Source of the DNA: a virus
Lineage: Duplodnaviria > Caudoviricetes
Direction: 5' to 3' (one strand)
Virus record (IMG/VR): IMGVR_UViG_3300022752_000014
Length of the DNA stretch: 64,000 nt
The notes beneath the pieces were generated by a model. That model saw only the letters and a list, made by a program, of their open reading frames with translations. It did not search any database and had not been told where the DNA came from. Below, piece after piece: positions 49,977 to 58,275 of this stretch; position 1 is the stretch's first letter; each line of letters opens with the position of its first letter. The position numbers and the translations under genes are program-made.

Positions 49977-52122
49977 ATTGCTTGCTACGGAAGACCTTGT
50001 GGTTGAGCACAAGAAAGTAGCAACCGCTTGCTTCAACGTTCATACTCGTGTGCTCACGCTGCCTCTGTGGGAAAAGGCAAGCAACACTGTGTATGACCTG
50101 CTGGTGGGTCACGAGGTTGGACACGCTCTTTTTACTCCTGATGAGGATTGGACCGAGAAAGTAAAAGTTCCTGTCCAGTTTGTAAATGTGGTGGAAGATG
50201 CCCGCATTGAGAAACTGATGAAGCGTAAGTATTTGGGACTTGCTAAGACTTTCTTTAATGGTTATAAAGAACTGAACGAAGAGGATTTCTTTCAACTTGA
50301 AGACGAGAAGGTTGGTGAGATGAATCTTGCTGACCGTGCTAATCTCTGGTTCAAAGTAGGAAACTTCATTGACGTTCCTATTAAACGTGGCGAGGAGATG
50401 GATATTATCAATAAAATTGCAGAGACTGAAACGTTTGATGATGTTTTGTTTGCTGCAGAAGCACTTTATCAATATTGCAAAAAAGAGAAAGAACAGGAGC
50501 AGAAGGTTTCTAATTTTGATAATCACGAGACTCAAGGCAACTCCACTTCTTCTACTCAAGAAGAAGTAAAGACTGAAGAAAGTGATACTGAAGAAGATGG
50601 TGAAAAAAATAAACCTGAAGCGGAGCAAAGTGGTAATAATGAACTTAATCCAAATGGTCCTGATATTGTTCCCAATGACAATAAAGAACCTGAAGTTAAG
50701 ACTGCCGACAATTTGGAAGATAAAATTCGTGACTTAGTAAATGACGATGGTTATGAGAATGTTTATGTAGAAATCCCCCAAGTTAATCTTGAGACCATTA
50801 TTGGTAAGAACGAAGAAGTTCATACCCATATTGATGCTTCTTTTCACCAACAGCAAAAGTCCTACGAACAAACTCTAAAAGAAAATTACAAACATCTTAC
50901 TCCCGAAAGTTTGTTTCTGAAAGCAGATACTGAATTTAAGAAGTTTAAAGTATCCGCTCAGAAAGAAGTTAATTATCTGGTGAAAGAGTTTGAGTGCCGT
51001 AAAGCAGCAGATTCTTATTCCCGTGCTTCTATTGCTCGCACTGGAGTTCTTGATACTGCTCGTCTTCATACTTACAAATACAATGAAGATCTTTTCAAAA
51101 AAGTGTCTATAATTCCTGACGGCAAAAATCACGGTTTGGTGTTTATTCTAGACTGGTCTGGATCTATGTCCCAAGTTCTTACTGATACTTGTAAGCAACT
51201 TTTTAATCTTATTTGGTTCTGTAAAAAAGTCGCTATTCCTTTTGAGGTATATGCATTCACGAATGAATGGCGTCGTGGCGAACACGACTATGCTACTGGA
51301 ATGTTTACACCTGCCGACCGAACTTCTCATTATGAAAAGAAAGAAAATCTTCTTGCCATTGATGAAAGTTTTTCTCTGATGAATATTCTTACCAGTAAAG
51401 TTTCAGGTAAGGAACTGGAGCATCAGATGTTGAATATATGGCGTCTTGCTGTTTACTTTGGAGACACATATCAAACTCCTTACACTTATCCCAATCGTAT
51501 GTCTCTTTCTGGAACTCCTCTGAATGAAGCACTGGTTTCTCTTCATCAAATTCTTCCTAAGTTCCAACGTGAAAATAAACTCCAAAAAGTTCAATGTATT
51601 GTTCTGACTGATGGTGAGGCAAGTCATCTTCCCTATCATCGTGAAGTGAAACGTGCCTGGGAAAGTGAACCTTTTATTGGCACTCGTCATATTAATCCTC
51701 ACAATACTTTTCTCCGCGATCGTAAACTTGGGACTACATATAAGTTTGATTATGGATATCATGAATTTACTGATACTCTTCTTCACAATCTAAAAGATAA
51801 GTTTCCTTCAGTAAACTTTATTGGTATTCGCGTTCTTGAAAGTCGTAATGCTAATCGTTTTATTCATCTTTATCATAATGATATGGGCAAGGAATATCAA
51901 AAAATTCAAAACGATTGGAAAAAACTGAGGAGTTTTACGATTACGAACTCTGGATATGATGCTTACTTTGGTCTCTCAGCAACAGAACTTTCTCAAGATG
52001 CTGAGTTTGATGTTGCTGAAGATGCTACGAAGTCTCAAATTAAATCCGCTTTTGTAAAATCTCTGAAAACTAAAAAGTTGAACAAAAAACTTCTTGGCGA
52101 GTTTATTTCTCTCGTTGCCTAA
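49939..52122 (+). CDS. Metallopeptidase-like (HExxH) plus VWA/CobT-like protein
   Basis: LAKLLATEDL; HEVGHAL; NVVEDARIEK; MIDAS DWSGS, GTPL, LTDG; start set at ATG 49939. Confidence 0.88.
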   Translation: MPVSHEIKSQLAKLLATEDLVVEHKKVATACFNVHTRVLTLPLWEKASNTVYDLLVGHEVGHALFTPDEDWTEKVKVPVQFVNVVEDARIEKLMKRKYLGLAKTFFNGYKELNEEDFFQLEDEKVGEMNLADRANLWFKVGNFIDVPIKRGEEMDIINKIAETETFDDVLFAAEALYQYCKKEKEQEQKVSNFDNHETQGNSTSSTQEEVKTEESDTEEDGEKNKPEAEQSGNNELNPNGPDIVPNDNKEPEVKTADNLEDKIRDLVNDDGYENVYVEIPQVNLETIIGKNEEVHTHIDASFHQQQKSYEQTLKENYKHLTPESLFLKADTEFKKFKVSAQKEVNYLVKEFECRKAADSYSRASIARTGVLDTARLHTYKYNEDLFKKVSIIPDGKNHGLVFILDWSGSMSQVLTDTCKQLFNLIWFCKKVAIPFEVYAFTNEWRRGEHDYATGMFTPADRTSHYEKKENLLAIDESFSLMNILTSKVSGKELEHQMLNIWRLAVYFGDTYQTPYTYPNRMSLSGTPLNEALVSLHQILPKFQRENKLQKVQCIVLTDGEASHLPYHREVKRAWESEPFIGTRHINPHNTFLRDRKLGTTYKFDYGYHEFTDTLLHNLKDKFPSVNFIGIRVLESRNANRFIHLYHNDMGKEYQKIQNDWKKLRSFTITNSGYDAYFGLSATELSQDAEFDVAEDATKSQIKSAFVKSLKTKKLNKKLLGEFISLVA

Positions 52123-52125
52123 ATA
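52119..52125 (+). promoter_or_regulatory. Late promoter inside the early/replication block
   Basis: CTAAATA overlapping the peptidase stop, 21 nt before ATG 52146. Confidence 0.6.
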
Positions 52126-52145
52126 CCTAAAAAGTATCCGTAGAT

Positions 52146-53063
52146 ATGAAGACCTACCAACAATTTGTCCTTGAAGCACGTAGACATAATCCACCTTATG
52201 GGTGGAAGTCTTCTGGTGGCGGTCCTGACGATAAACCAACTGTAAAAATTCCTTTATCGGGAGTAATGCAAGGTGGTTGGTTGGAGAAAGAAAAAGCAAA
52301 GAAAAAGGTTGAAGAGGAACTTGAAATTGAAGAGGGTATGACTCTCAAAGATTATAAGAAGAAGCGTAGTGCTCTCAAGCAAAAAGAAAAGAGAGCAGCA
52401 GATAAGATTGCTCCCAATCGCAGAAAAGATATTCATACTGATAGATATTCTCCAGAGAGAGCAGCAAGACATCGTGCTAATGTAGATCCTGATTTTGAAG
52501 GTAATGATGAAAGAAACTATCCAGGTGGCAAGTTAAATCCAAAGAAAGTTCGTAAGGCAAAAGCACTTGGAGAACTTGGTGAAGAGTTGGTAAATGAAAC
52601 CTCACTTACTCGTATCATGAGTAAGTCAAAGAAGGGCGGTATGGCAATCATGTCAGCTCAACGAGGTGACAAGTCAAAAGCAGAGAACAAGGCACGTTCA
52701 AAACAACTTGAAAAAGATGTAAGAGGTGCTGGTCTCCCTGGACCTACTAAAGTTGCTGGTAGATATACTGAAAATCCAGGAACCTCTCAGGAGAAAAAAG
52801 TAGGAGAGAAATCTCATGTTATTACTCCTGGCAAAAAAGGTAAGAGAAAATTTAAAAAAGCAATTGAAAAACTAGGTCAAAAGTACAATCAAGATTCTGT
52901 TCTAATCCAACGTAAAGCAGGTGGGAGTTCAACTCTCAAAGGAACTTCAAAGACCTCTTGGCCAGGTAAAGGAAAAAATGTTAAAATAGGAAGTATGAAA
53001 CCAGGTAGAACTGGTGAGTTTGATACTAAAGTTAAGAACAAAACATTTACTGTTGAGGATTGA
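52146..53063 (+). CDS. Putative capsid-targeted internal protein with a C-terminal SAM-lyase-like domain
   Basis: N-terminus MKTYQQFVLE resembles the T4 IP capsid-targeting sequence; aa 166-305 show SAQR, N, R, GRYTE, EKS, NQDSVL at T3-SAMase-like spacing. Confidence 0.65.
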   Translation: MKTYQQFVLEARRHNPPYGWKSSGGGPDDKPTVKIPLSGVMQGGWLEKEKAKKKVEEELEIEEGMTLKDYKKKRSALKQKEKRAADKIAPNRRKDIHTDRYSPERAARHRANVDPDFEGNDERNYPGGKLNPKKVRKAKALGELGEELVNETSLTRIMSKSKKGGMAIMSAQRGDKSKAENKARSKQLEKDVRGAGLPGPTKVAGRYTENPGTSQEKKVGEKSHVITPGKKGKRKFKKAIEKLGQKYNQDSVLIQRKAGGSSTLKGTSKTSWPGKGKNVKIGSMKPGRTGEFDTKVKNKTFTVED

Positions 53064-53064
53064 T

Positions 53065-53259
53065 ATGTCATTAAAACTTTCCAAATTTCCATTCGATCAT
53101 GTAGTTAAATGTGACACCAAAGAAATTTGGGTTACTTGTGATAGTAGTATTACTGCTATGGGTCTTCCTCGTTTAGTAGAAAAATATTATCCAGGATATT
53201 CTGCTAAAATTGCTACAAAAGAATATTTTGAGAAACTGAAGAACCAATTGGCAAACTGA
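53065..53259 (+). CDS. Small hypothetical protein (64 aa)
   Basis: ATG 53065 directly after the upstream stop; VEKYYPGYSAKI motif. Confidence 0.65.
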   Translation: MSLKLSKFPFDHVVKCDTKEIWVTCDSSITAMGLPRLVEKYYPGYSAKIATKEYFEKLKNQLAN

Positions 53260-53298
53260 CCACTCGGGGTCCCAGCGACCCTTTTTTTATTTTATAAT
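53244..53298 (+). promoter_or_regulatory. Second copy of the composite element (box, hairpin/terminator, TATAAT)
   Basis: CCAATT-GGCA-AACTGAC (53244-53260); GGGTC-CCAGC-GACCC (53267-53281) plus T7; TATAAT 53293-53298. Confidence 0.65.
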
Positions 53299-53327
53299 GA
53301 CTTCAGTTGAAACAAACCACTCTGATT

Positions 53328-54428
53328 ATGTCTCGCATTCAAATGACCGACGATCAAATTATTGCCGATTTGAAGAGCACATTTGGTAAAGAATTTACCG
53401 CTGCAGATGTTCGCGGTTATTGTGCTTCTAAAGATATTTCTTATCCCACTGTTACCAAACGTTTGGAGCAGTTTAAAGTTGGTCGTGGTAAGTGGAATCT
53501 TGAAGTCACCCTTCAAAAAGTTGAAGAGATTGAACGTACTTTTCAAGCACCTGCAGTGATTCCTCCCACCGAACAAAATCTCATTCCTGATAAAGATGAT
53601 ACCTTCGTCAAGTTTGGTAACTTTGGTGATATTAAAAAAATTATTCAGTCCCGTATCTTTTACCCTGCGTTTATCACGGGTCTGTCGGGTAATGGTAAAA
53701 CGTTCTCGGTGGAGCAAGCGTGTGCTCAACTTAAGCGTGAACTCATCCGTGTAAACATCACGATTGAAACTGATGAGGATGACCTGATTGGTGGTTTCCG
53801 CCTGGTGAACGGTGAAACTGTGTGGCACAATGGTCCTGTGGTGGAAGCACTTGAGCGTGGAGCCGTTTTGCTTCTGGATGAGATTGACCTTGCTTCTAAC
53901 AAGATCCTATGCCTGCAATCTATCCTGGAAGGTAAGGGTGTCTTCCTCAAGAAGATCGGCCGCTTTGTGAAACCTGCCGCTGGATTCAACGTGATTGCCA
54001 CCGCGAACACCAAGGGTAAGGGTTCTGATGACGGTCGTTTTATCGGCACCAATGTGCTGAACGAAGCATTCCTGGAACGCTTCCCTGTGACCTTTGAGCA
54101 GTCTTATCCTGCTCCTGCAACTGAGCAGAAGATTCTGGAAGGCATCGCTCTGGACCTTGGTGTGGAAGACCGTGACTTCTGCAAGCGCCTGGTTGACTGG
54201 GCAGACATCATCCGCAAGACCTTCTATGATGGTGGTATTGAGGAAATCATCAGCACCCGCCGCCTGACCCACATTATCCGTGCCTACAGTATCTTCCAAG
54301 ATAAGGCAAAGGCAATCCAAGTGTGTGTGAACCGTTTTGATGATGAAACCAAGCAGTCCTTCTTGGAACTGTATGATAAGGTGGATGCTGATTTTCAACT
54401 CCCCGTTGACGCTGAACCTCAGTCCTGA
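53328..54428 (+). CDS. cobS: CobS/MoxR-family AAA+ ATPase
   Basis: GLSGNGKT Walker A; LLLDEID Walker B; TANTKG; NEAFLERF Arg finger; start set at ATG 53328. Confidence 0.92.
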   Translation: MSRIQMTDDQIIADLKSTFGKEFTAADVRGYCASKDISYPTVTKRLEQFKVGRGKWNLEVTLQKVEEIERTFQAPAVIPPTEQNLIPDKDDTFVKFGNFGDIKKIIQSRIFYPAFITGLSGNGKTFSVEQACAQLKRELIRVNITIETDEDDLIGGFRLVNGETVWHNGPVVEALERGAVLLLDEIDLASNKILCLQSILEGKGVFLKKIGRFVKPAAGFNVIATANTKGKGSDDGRFIGTNVLNEAFLERFPVTFEQSYPAPATEQKILEGIALDLGVEDRDFCKRLVDWADIIRKTFYDGGIEEIISTRRLTHIIRAYSIFQDKAKAIQVCVNRFDDETKQSFLELYDKVDADFQLPVDAEPQS

Positions 54429-54434
54429 TAGAAT
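54406..54434 (+). promoter_or_regulatory. Sigma70-type promoter with extended -10
   Basis: TTGACG(54406-54411)-N17-TAGAAT(54429-54434), with TG at 54426-54427. Confidence 0.78.
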
Positions 54435-54438
54435 ATAG

Positions 54439-54463
54439 GGAGGTAAAAAGTGCCTCCTCTTTT
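54439..54463 (+). terminator. Hairpin plus T-tract after cobS (terminator or 5' leader hairpin)
   Basis: GGAGGT-AAAAAGT-GCCTCC followed by TCTTTT. Confidence 0.5.
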
Positions 54464-54483
54464 GTCCTTTACTATGATTTACA

Positions 54484-55026
54484 ATGTCTGAAAAATTTAC
54501 TAAAAATTCCTATAATTCAGCAAATACTGATGTTCTTAATCTTGGAGCTCCTGTTGCTGCTCAAGATTTTTGGGAAGAGGACGGTATTAGTCTGACTGGA
54601 AATCCATATCATTCGCCAGATCAAATTGTTTTTACTGGTTCTGGCGTTCTTGGTGGTCTTGGAAATGACCATATTTCTCTCAATCCCTCCTCTACATTTA
54701 ATTTGACTGTGCCTGAAGATACTAACAAAAATGGTTTCTGGAAATATGAGGAAGATAAAACTCTGAAAGAAGTGGAGAGTTATCTTTCAAGCACCTATCA
54801 TTCTCACTACACTTCCGAAACTTCTAAAACTCAAACTCTTGATTTGATTGAGAGTATTGGTGATGCAGAAGCATTTACTCGTTCAAATGCTATTAAGTAT
54901 CTTTCGCGTTTCGGTAAGAAGAATGGTAAGTCTAAACAGGATATTCTAAAAGCAATTCATTATTGTGTTCTTCTCTATCACTTTGCTGGTCTTCATAAGA
55001 ACAACTCTAACAACTATCCTTATTGA
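54484..55026 (+). CDS. DUF3310-like protein (T7 gp1.7 nucleotide-kinase-like domain) with a low-complexity N-terminus
   Basis: YHSHY...QTLDLIESIG.AE.F.RSNAIKYLSRFGKKNG...DILKAIHY. Confidence 0.7.
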   Translation: MSEKFTKNSYNSANTDVLNLGAPVAAQDFWEEDGISLTGNPYHSPDQIVFTGSGVLGGLGNDHISLNPSSTFNLTVPEDTNKNGFWKYEEDKTLKEVESYLSSTYHSHYTSETSKTQTLDLIESIGDAEAFTRSNAIKYLSRFGKKNGKSKQDILKAIHYCVLLYHFAGLHKNNSNNYPY

Positions 55027-55028
55027 TT

Positions 55029-55694
55029 ATGAAACTTTCTGATAAAACTCTTTCTGTCCTTAAAAATTTCTCTTCTATCAATCAGTCCATCCTATTCAAA
55101 GAAGGCAGCAAACTTCGCACGATTAGTGTGATGAAGAATATTCTTGCTGAGGCAACAATTACCGAAGAGTTTCCTCAAGATTTTGGTGTTTATGATTTGA
55201 ATCAATTTCTTAATGGACTTAATCTTCACCAAAATCCTGAACTTGATTTTGCTAATGATGGATATGTCGTTATCCGTGAAGGCAAAATGCGTTCTAAGTA
55301 TTTCTTTGCAGATCCCAGTGTAATCATCACTCCTCCTGACAAGGCAATCAATCTTCCCAGTGAAGATGTGTGTTTTGAACTAAGCACTGAACAACTGGAT
55401 AAACTCCTGAAAGCAGCAGCAGTGTATCAACTCCCCGATATCTCTGCGGTTGGTGAAGGTGGTGTGGTGAAACTGGTGGTTCGTGATAAGAAGAATGATA
55501 CTTCTAATGATTTTGCAATTGTTGTTGGTGAAACTGACTCTGAGTTTGTTTTCAACTTCAAAGTTGAGAATATTAAAGTTCTCCCTGGAACTTATGAGGT
55601 AGTTGTATCTCAAAAACTTTTGTCACGTTTTACCAGCAAGAACCACGACCTGTGCTATTATATTGCTCTGGAACCTGATTCTACTTTTGGATGA
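55029..55694 (+). CDS. gp45: Sliding clamp gp45
   Basis: MKLSDKTL.VLKNFSSINQSI; FGVYDLNQFL; YYIALE. Confidence 0.96.
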   Translation: MKLSDKTLSVLKNFSSINQSILFKEGSKLRTISVMKNILAEATITEEFPQDFGVYDLNQFLNGLNLHQNPELDFANDGYVVIREGKMRSKYFFADPSVIITPPDKAINLPSEDVCFELSTEQLDKLLKAAAVYQLPDISAVGEGGVVKLVVRDKKNDTSNDFAIVVGETDSEFVFNFKVENIKVLPGTYEVVVSQKLLSRFTSKNHDLCYYIALEPDSTFG

Positions 55695-56215
55695 ACATCT
55701 TCGTAACGTCACCTTGGCCCGCTGAAAGTGCTGTCTGTCTTCCCGACAAACACATTGTCAAAATGCCCCTGGAATGCTGCCAAATGCTTTCCATTGTGGC
55801 ATCTGAAAAATGGGGTCATAACTACGGCACTCTTCCTAAAATTGATGGCACTCCCTATCGAACTGAAAAGGGTGCGTTTCGTAATCATCCCTGTACCAAA
55901 TGGGCATTGGATAGTATCCACAATGCCTATTGGTTGATTAAGTGGGGTATGAACTTGTGTGATGAGTACCAACTACGCTATAATAAAACTCACTCTTGCT
56001 ACAAGACTCTTGTAGATGCCTATTATCTTTTCCCCAAAGGAAAGATACCTGAAGTGACTCCATTTGCTAGGGCAATGCCTGAAGAATGGAAATTTGATGA
56101 TAGCATTGATACCTTTACTGCTTATAAAAGGTATATTGCTTCAAAACCTTGGGTGAAGGATAACTACCTTCGTATGCCTGAGCGTAAACCTGATTGGATT
56201 GATTATGAGTCGTAA
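55691..56215 (+). CDS. Pyrimidine-dimer DNA glycosylase-like protein (DenV/Pyr_excise-related)
   Basis: MNIF...P.ESA..L.DKHIVKMPLECCQML; HPCTKWA; F.RAMPEE. Confidence 0.7.
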   Translation: MNIFVTSPWPAESAVCLPDKHIVKMPLECCQMLSIVASEKWGHNYGTLPKIDGTPYRTEKGAFRNHPCTKWALDSIHNAYWLIKWGMNLCDEYQLRYNKTHSCYKTLVDAYYLFPKGKIPEVTPFARAMPEEWKFDDSIDTFTAYKRYIASKPWVKDNYLRMPERKPDWIDYES

Positions 56216-57152
56216 TGATTTTTTGTGGGTTGAAAAATATCGCCCACGTACTATTGAGGACTGCATTCTTCCCGATGCAACCAAACAAACTTTTAAAAAC
56301 TTCCTAGATAGGGGAGAAGTGCCAAATCTGCTTCTTGCTGGTCCTGCTGGATGCGGTAAGACTACAGTTGCAAAGGCACTATGCAATGAACTAGGAGTAG
56401 ATGTTTATGTCATCAATGGATCCGACGAAGGTAGATTCCTTGATACTGTCCGAAACAATGCGAAGAACTTCGCTTCGACCGTTTCGCTTTCGTCAACTGC
56501 TAAACACAAAGTCATCCTCATTGATGAGGCAGATAACACAACCAACGACGTTCAACTCCTCCTACGGGCGTCTATTGAGGAATTTGCTAATAACTGCCGA
56601 TTCATCTTCACCTGTAACTACAAAAACAAAATCATCGAACCCCTGCACTCTCGATGTGCTGTTGTTGACTTCTCTATCAAAGGTAAAGAGAAGGCACAAC
56701 TCGCTGCAGGTTTTTATGGACGCTTGCAAGACATTCTTCAAAAAGAGAATGTGAAGTTTGATAATAAAGTTCTTCTTGAACTGATTAATAAACATTTTCC
56801 TGATTGGAGGCGAGTTCTTAATGAGTGCCAACGTTATTCTTCGGGTGGCGAAATTAATTCTGGTATTCTTGCTTCTTTCTCTGATGTAAAAACAAATGAC
56901 CTCATTAAGTATCTCAAAGATAAAAACTTTACTGAAGTCCGAAAGTGGGTGGTCGGGAACCTGGACAACGACGCTAGTAATCTACTTCGCAGGGTTTATG
57001 ACGCCGCTTTTGATAATCTTTCACCCCAGTCTATTCCTGCTGCCGTTCTTGTTATTGCTAAGTATCAATACCAATGTGCGTTCGTTGCTGACCAAGAAAT
57101 AAATCTTCTTGCCGCTCTTACGGAAATTATGGTGGAGTGTGAGTTCAAATGA
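56205..57152 (+). CDS. gp44: Clamp loader large subunit gp44
   Basis: LWVEKYRP; GPAGCGKT; ILIDEAD; IIEPLHSRC; FPDWRR. Confidence 0.97.
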   Translation: MSRNDFLWVEKYRPRTIEDCILPDATKQTFKNFLDRGEVPNLLLAGPAGCGKTTVAKALCNELGVDVYVINGSDEGRFLDTVRNNAKNFASTVSLSSTAKHKVILIDEADNTTNDVQLLLRASIEEFANNCRFIFTCNYKNKIIEPLHSRCAVVDFSIKGKEKAQLAAGFYGRLQDILQKENVKFDNKVLLELINKHFPDWRRVLNECQRYSSGGEINSGILASFSDVKTNDLIKYLKDKNFTEVRKWVVGNLDNDASNLLRRVYDAAFDNLSPQSIPAAVLVIAKYQYQCAFVADQEINLLAALTEIMVECEFK

Positions 57153-57430
57153 AAAACAAAAAACTAAAAGCACTCATTCAAAAACCCTTGCGGTTTCATC
57201 ATCAAGATATTCACGAAGAACTTGATGAACTTAAAAAACAACATCAGGTCAAGTCCAGATGGTATTATGTTTTCTGGGGTGCCTGTGCAGTTGCCGTTGT
57301 TGGTGGACAAATATATGTCGGAACTGGATATCGTGAAATGGCAGAGGCAACAAAGAAAACTGCAATTGCTGTGACTTGTCTTCCCCAATATATTACTTCA
57401 CCTAAAAATAAAGTGGGAGAGTTTGAATGA
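57149..57430 (+). CDS. Small single-pass membrane hypothetical protein
   Basis: 93 aa; hydrophobic WYYVFWGACAVAVVGGQIYVG segment; overlaps both neighbours by 4 nt. Confidence 0.65.
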   Translation: MKNKKLKALIQKPLRFHHQDIHEELDELKKQHQVKSRWYYVFWGACAVAVVGGQIYVGTGYREMAEATKKTAIAVTCLPQYITSPKNKVGEFE

Positions 57431-58275
57431 AATCACTAAAAACTCCTCTGAGGTATCCAGGCGGCAAATCCCGTGCTTGCGTAAAAATGGACCCTTACTT
57501 TCCAGATCTTCGTAATTACAAAGAGTTCCGTGAACCTTTTCTTGGTGGTGGAAGTGTTGCAATTCATATCACCAAGAAGTATCCCAGCCTAGATATTTGG
57601 GTGAATGATTTATATGAACCTCTTGTAAATTTCTGGCAGCAACTCCAGATGTTTGGTTCTGACCTAAAGGATAAGTTGGTAGATCTCAAATCAATTCATA
57701 ACAACCCAGCATCTGCAAAAGAACTGTTCCTCGCAAGTAAGGAGAAAGTTAATGACCAAAGTCTGCCCAGTCTTGATCGTGCTGTGGCTTTCTATGTTGT
57801 CAATAAGTGTTCTTTCAGTGGTCTCACAGAGAGCTCATCATTTTCAGAACAAGCCTCCAATAACAACTTTTCAATGCGAGGGATTGAGAAGTTGCCTGCG
57901 TATGCTACGTTAATTGCAAATTGGCGTATAACTAATTACTCGTATGATTATCTGATGGATGGAAACAAGGGTGCTTTTATGTATCTCGATCCTCCTTATG
58001 ACATTAAGGATAATCTCTATGGGCGTAAGGGAGCAATGCATAAAGGATTTGATCACGATAAGTTTGCTGCTGACTGCGATGCTTGTTCTATGCATCAACT
58101 AATCAGTTATAATTCAGATCAACTTGTAAAGGATAGATTCAAAAACTGGAGTGCCGCAGAGTTTGATCTGACTTATACAATGCGTTCTGTTGGTGAATAT
58201 ATGCGAGAGCAAAAAGATAGAAAAGAACTGTTGCTATTTAATTATGGAACTGAAGGATTGGCTCAACTCAATTAA
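57427..58275 (+). CDS. dam: DNA adenine methyltransferase (Dam/D12 class)
   Basis: LRYPGGKS; EPFLGGGSV motif I; YLDPPY motif IV; ELLLFNY. Target sequence not determinable from sequence alone. Confidence 0.9.
   Translation: MKSLKTPLRYPGGKSRACVKMDPYFPDLRNYKEFREPFLGGGSVAIHITKKYPSLDIWVNDLYEPLVNFWQQLQMFGSDLKDKLVDLKSIHNNPASAKELFLASKEKVNDQSLPSLDRAVAFYVVNKCSFSGLTESSSFSEQASNNNFSMRGIEKLPAYATLIANWRITNYSYDYLMDGNKGAFMYLDPPYDIKDNLYGRKGAMHKGFDHDKFAADCDACSMHQLISYNSDQLVKDRFKNWSAAEFDLTYTMRSVGEYMREQKDRKELLLFNYGTEGLAQLN

Noticed and set aside
49921-50628. 235-aa minus-strand ORF
   Set aside because: Antisense shadow of the peptidase-VWA gene; F/L/I-rich composition typical of reverse-read AT-rich coding DNA; no motif or SD
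53292-54398. Minus-strand ORFs of 178, 108 and 163 aa over cobS
   Set aside because: Shadow frames favoured by the locally higher GC; no recognisable domains; all supported genes are on +
53328-54428. Cobalamin biosynthesis auxiliary metabolic gene
   Set aside because: It is a MoxR-type AAA+ ATPase common in T4-like phages; no chelatase or other cob genes in the window
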